Assembly (NCBI GenBank): GCA_035495775.1
Contig: DATJFG010000186.1
Location: 13,791-77,790, forward strand
DNA length: 64,000 bases
Direction: 5' to 3'
Origin: Verrucomicrobiia bacterium
Lineage (GTDB): Bacteria > Desulfobacterota > Binatia > UBA9968
Made by a program: the position numbers and the translations under genes. Below are positions 60,807 to 64,000 of the stretch, one piece after another (position 1 is the stretch's first letter; each line of letters opens with the position of its first letter). Under the pieces are notes generated by a model, which saw nothing but the letters and a program-made list of their open reading frames with translations, did no database searches and was not told the DNA's origin.

Positions 60807-62051
60807 TCACACGATGGCTTGTTCGATCGCCCACAACAGGCCCAAGGCGATAGTCGCTTTTCCGTAGCGCAGCAGTGAATAGAGCCGCCGCCGGCGAAGC
60901 GACGGCAGGGCGCCGAATTTCACCGCATGGATGATGGAGGTGCGGAGCTTTCGCTGCATAATGTAAACCCAGTATTGCGACTTAGTCTTGTCCGCCCAGC
61001 GCAGCTTCCAAGCGTCGCTGCCGCCCAGGAACTCGTATTCCGCCACACCCCGTTCACACGCTTCTTGAAACAGCAGATGACACAGCAGCAGATAGGGGGA
61101 GTATGCAGCGTACTCAGGACGATAGCCGGCTTTCAAAACATAGATTTTGTTTTTGTGAAACAGAGCGTAAGCAAAGGCGATCCGCGTTGCGCCAACTTTT
61201 AGAAACACCAGCCGCAAAGTGCCAAGACGCTCTGTTTCGTCGGCAACCTGCCGGTAAAAACAGACGAGCTCGGGGCGGCACACAATTGCCGTCCCGGCCT
61301 TCGCTTTCCATGCGGCCGCCTCGATGCTGAGGCCTTCCTCGAGAACCTGCTGCAGGTTGTCGGGTTTCGCTATGACTTCGAGCCGCACCACACCGATGCG
61401 GCGGAGACGCCGCAAGCGCTTGCCCATCTGCGAGCGATGATTATGGCTGAGGCTCCTCAGCAGCGTTCTCCAGCCTTGAGCAAACTCGACATAGGGGCAA
61501 TCTTCGGAGTGCCATATGCCCGTGAGAAAGTTGTCCTTGGCGGCGAGGCGCGTCAATTCCTTCAGTGTCGGGGAATCGAAGATCACCTGCATTAGTTCGA
61601 CGACGTCCCAGAGATCGGCGCACTTTAAAAGGTGTTCCCAAATAATCCGGTAAACTTCTCTTCGCCGATCGGCGATGATGAGATCGAACCGAGGCGTGTG
61701 GACATTCGCCATAAAGCCGATCTTACGTACTTTCAGGCCGTACATTCTTCCGACGCTCAGCATTAACGGAGCAATCGCGATCGGTCTGTCGCCGGCCTTA
61801 ATCACGAGGATATGCAATCTTTTTCCTGCGCCAAAGCACTGCCACCAGCTCCGAACCCATTCATGGCTCGAGAAGGGGTGCTCGATGTTCGCCTCCTCCA
61901 CGAGGCAATTCCAGACCGTGGCGAGCTCGAGGAATCGCGCCTCGTCGGTTACGACTTCGGCTTTGATCTTAGGCTCGCCGGCGGCAGGGAGGGCCGCTGA
62001 TTCAGCGGACCGGCGATCGGCCGGCACATGGAATATTTCGTTTGATTCCAT
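60807..62051 (-). CDS. CelD/BioF2/FemAB-like GNAT-fold acyltransferase (copy 3 of 3)
   Basis: ..FLELATVWNCLVEEA..HPFSSHEWVRSWW.. and YEFLGGSDAWKLRWA motifs, parallel to copies 1 and 2. Confidence 0.7.
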   Translation of the reverse strand: MESNEIFHVPADRRSAESAALPAAGEPKIKAEVVTDEARFLELATVWNCLVEEANIEHPFSSHEWVRSWWQCFGAGKRLHILVIKAGDRPIAIAPLMLSVGRMYGLKVRKIGFMANVHTPRFDLIIADRRREVYRIIWEHLLKCADLWDVVELMQVIFDSPTLKELTRLAAKDNFLTGIWHSEDCPYVEFAQGWRTLLRSLSHNHRSQMGKRLRRLRRIGVVRLEVIAKPDNLQQVLEEGLSIEAAAWKAKAGTAIVCRPELVCFYRQVADETERLGTLRLVFLKVGATRIAFAYALFHKNKIYVLKAGYRPEYAAYSPYLLLCHLLFQEACERGVAEYEFLGGSDAWKLRWADKTKSQYWVYIMQRKLRTSIIHAVKFGALPSLRRRRLYSLLRYGKATIALGLLWAIEQAIV

Positions 62052-62056
62052 CAGGA

Positions 62057-63820
62057 TCAGTCCACCGGCCGACGCCGCACCAGCGTATTTTCCAGAAAGA
62101 GAAACTCTATACCTGTGCCGAGGAACGTCTCCACCGCCTCACGCGGTGTGTTGACGATCGGTTGCCCTTTGACGTTGAAGCTCGTATTGAGGACCATCTC
62201 GCGCCCCGTTGTCTTGCCGACAGCCGTAAGCAGGGCGTGAAACTCCGCATTATCCGTCCCTGAAACGGTTTGCAGTCGGGCAGAGCCGTTCACGTGTGTG
62301 ACGGCCGGCAGCTGGGCTCGGTGGGGCTCCCGCACATCGACAGTCATGATCATGTAAGGCAGCTCGGTCATTGGCGCTACCTCGAACCACTGATGCGCTT
62401 GTTCGACCGTCACCGCCGGCGCGAAGGGCCGGAACGCCTCGCGCATTTTTACCATCGCGTTAATCCGGTCGCGCATTTCAGGATGGCCCGGATCGGCCAG
62501 AATGCTGCGATGTCCCAAGGCTCGAGGCCCGAATTCCATGCGCCCCCGATACCAGGCGACGACGTGTCCATCGGCGATCAAGTGCGCGGCCTGTTCGCAG
62601 GCTTCATCCAAGGTGGCGCAGCGTACGGTCTCGATCCGATGCTCGAATGCCGCCAAGGCGTCGTCAATTTCAATCTGAGAATGCGCCGGGCCATAAAAAG
62701 GGGTCGGCAGCCGTTCGTTGACGATTTCTCCGGCCAGCGCGGCACGGTAAAGCGCGGCTCCCAGTGCCGACCCGTCGTCTCCGGCTGCCGGTTGCACATA
62801 GATCTCGTCGAACAAACCGGAGGACAGGAGTTTGCCATTGGCGGTGCAGTTGAGCGCCACTCCGCCTGCAAGCGCAAGCCGGCGTAGTCCGGTCTTTTGA
62901 CCAAAATAGCCGCAGAGATGAAGCATCGTCCGGTCGAGACATGATTGGAGCGCCGCGGCGATATCGCGGTAGTCGTCGGTAATCTCGGCTTCGGGGTCGC
63001 GCTCCGCAATCAAATGGCGGCTTAAATACTCTCGCGTGCGGAGGTGGTTCTCACGCTCATCACGGGTGCGGTTGAGCTTCAGCATTGGAATCTGGATCGA
63101 TCCGTCCTCGCCCAATAAGACGTTTTGATCGAAAAACTGGCGAAACCGATCCGGGTCCCCATAAGGGGCGAGTCCCATGATCTTGTATTCATCGGCGTTG
63201 AAGTCGAATCCAAGATGAAAAGTGATGAGTGAGTAGAGAATCCCGATCGAATTGGCGGCGGAAATCTGATGGACGCGTTCAAGTCGTCCCCCACGGGCGC
63301 GGTAGACCGACGCGCTGTGCACCTCGCCCATACCGTCGATGACAACCGTCAAGCACTCATCCCAGCCGGAGGTGAGATACGCGCTGGCCGCGTGCGCGAG
63401 ATGATGGCCCACAGGCTGCACACGCTCGAGGGGATAATCGGGAAGGTAACGGCGAACGGAAGTTAACAGCGCTTCCTTGGAATAGACCTCGCGGTAACAT
63501 GCGGCGCCGACAGGATCGATCGAGAAAGCCGCCGCATAGGGCGAATAGTCGAATCCATGGGCGATCTTATCGATCTCCGAGAGAGGGACTCCGGCTTCGC
63601 GGAGACAATATTCGATCGCCTGCTGCGGAAAGTCTCCGCAGTGCTTCTTTCGATTAAAGCGTTCTTCCGCCGCAGCTGCGACAACGGTACCGTCGATGAT
63701 CAAGGCGGCTGCCGAATCGTGGCCTTGGGACATGCGGTATTCACGGTCGTTCAGGCCCGGCCAGTGCTTTTTCTTAAACGGGATCGAGTTTTCCAATCCG
63801 CTGATTCCGATAATATTCAT
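62057..63820 (-). CDS. carbamoyltransferase (NodU/CmcH family)
   Basis: MNIIGISG..HDSAAALIIDGTVVAAAAEERFNRKKH, GHHLAHAASAY and a C-terminal carbamoyltransferase domain. GGAGAA RBS. Confidence 0.9.
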   Translation of the reverse strand: MNIIGISGLENSIPFKKKHWPGLNDREYRMSQGHDSAAALIIDGTVVAAAAEERFNRKKHCGDFPQQAIEYCLREAGVPLSEIDKIAHGFDYSPYAAAFSIDPVGAACYREVYSKEALLTSVRRYLPDYPLERVQPVGHHLAHAASAYLTSGWDECLTVVIDGMGEVHSASVYRARGGRLERVHQISAANSIGILYSLITFHLGFDFNADEYKIMGLAPYGDPDRFRQFFDQNVLLGEDGSIQIPMLKLNRTRDERENHLRTREYLSRHLIAERDPEAEITDDYRDIAAALQSCLDRTMLHLCGYFGQKTGLRRLALAGGVALNCTANGKLLSSGLFDEIYVQPAAGDDGSALGAALYRAALAGEIVNERLPTPFYGPAHSQIEIDDALAAFEHRIETVRCATLDEACEQAAHLIADGHVVAWYRGRMEFGPRALGHRSILADPGHPEMRDRINAMVKMREAFRPFAPAVTVEQAHQWFEVAPMTELPYMIMTVDVREPHRAQLPAVTHVNGSARLQTVSGTDNAEFHALLTAVGKTTGREMVLNTSFNVKGQPIVNTPREAVETFLGTGIEFLFLENTLVRRRPVD

Positions 63821-63856
63821 CCCGCGTTCTCCTTCGTAAGACTCATGCCAGACGTG

Positions 63857-64000
63857 CTAAGGTGCCGAACGCGCGACATCGAGCGGCACCGGCGGGACTT
63901 CCTGATACGAGATACGAAGACGCTGGCGAGGAGACCAGTAGCCGTCGCTCGCGAGACGAAAACGCATGATCCACTCGCCCTCCAGGCGGCTTAGAAAAGC
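63857..64000 (-). CDS. 3' end of an upstream gene of the same operon (47 codons visible), function unknown
   Basis: Hand translation of the minus strand gives an open frame from the window edge to TAG (63857-63859): ..LEGEWIMRFRLASDGYWSPRQRLRISYQEVPPVPLDVARSAP. GC3 about 64%. Confidence 0.3.
   Translation of the reverse strand, partial: AFLSRLEGEWIMRFRLASDGYWSPRQRLRISYQEVPPVPLDVARSAP

Noticed and set aside
63557-63994. 145-aa plus-strand ORF at the window end
   Set aside because: It is antisense to the carbamoyltransferase 5' end and to the partial upstream minus-strand gene, and has no recognisable features.

Overview
GC-rich bacterial chromosomal segment of about 57 protein genes, with no rRNA, CRISPR array, transposase or integrase. 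(1) 1-9.3 kb holds envelope and housekeeping genes (queG, a YbgC-type thioesterase, an OmpA-like lipoprotein with two long polyproline runs, secreted proteins of unknown function) and a selenocysteine tRNA (selC, 5680-5774, minus). (2) 9.3-21.5 kb is a co-directional plus-strand block ending in a strong terminator. It carries a split NHEJ pair (two-domain LigD, then Ku 2.7 kb downstream), small stress-type membrane proteins, a BON protein, a PoxB-like TPP enzyme and NDH-2. It also has a rhodanese+CBS gene interrupted by one in-frame TGA followed by a hairpin, which makes it a candidate selenoprotein. (3) 21.5-64 kb is a very large envelope-polysaccharide region. It starts with an epimerase and glmS. 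Next is an operon led by a two-component system that also encodes a GtrB/ArnC-like GT2, a GT-C membrane transferase and an SGNH esterase. Then come two tandem giant secreted paralogues (unknown ~440-aa N-domain plus Fn3, Ig-like and C-terminal modules). Last is a tightly packed minus-strand gene train of at least 26 kb. It has an AlgD-like GDP-mannose dehydrogenase, MBOAT + SGNH-like partner, three GTs, Wzx, a heparinase II/III-like protein, two AsnB-type amidotransferases, three CelD/FemAB-like GNATs, a CE4 deacetylase, a methyltransferase, a carbamoyltransferase and a third copy of the unknown N-domain. The ORF track accepts GTG/TTG starts and reports the longest ORF, so several starts were moved to RBS-supported codons. 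Many long antisense ORFs are GC artefacts.
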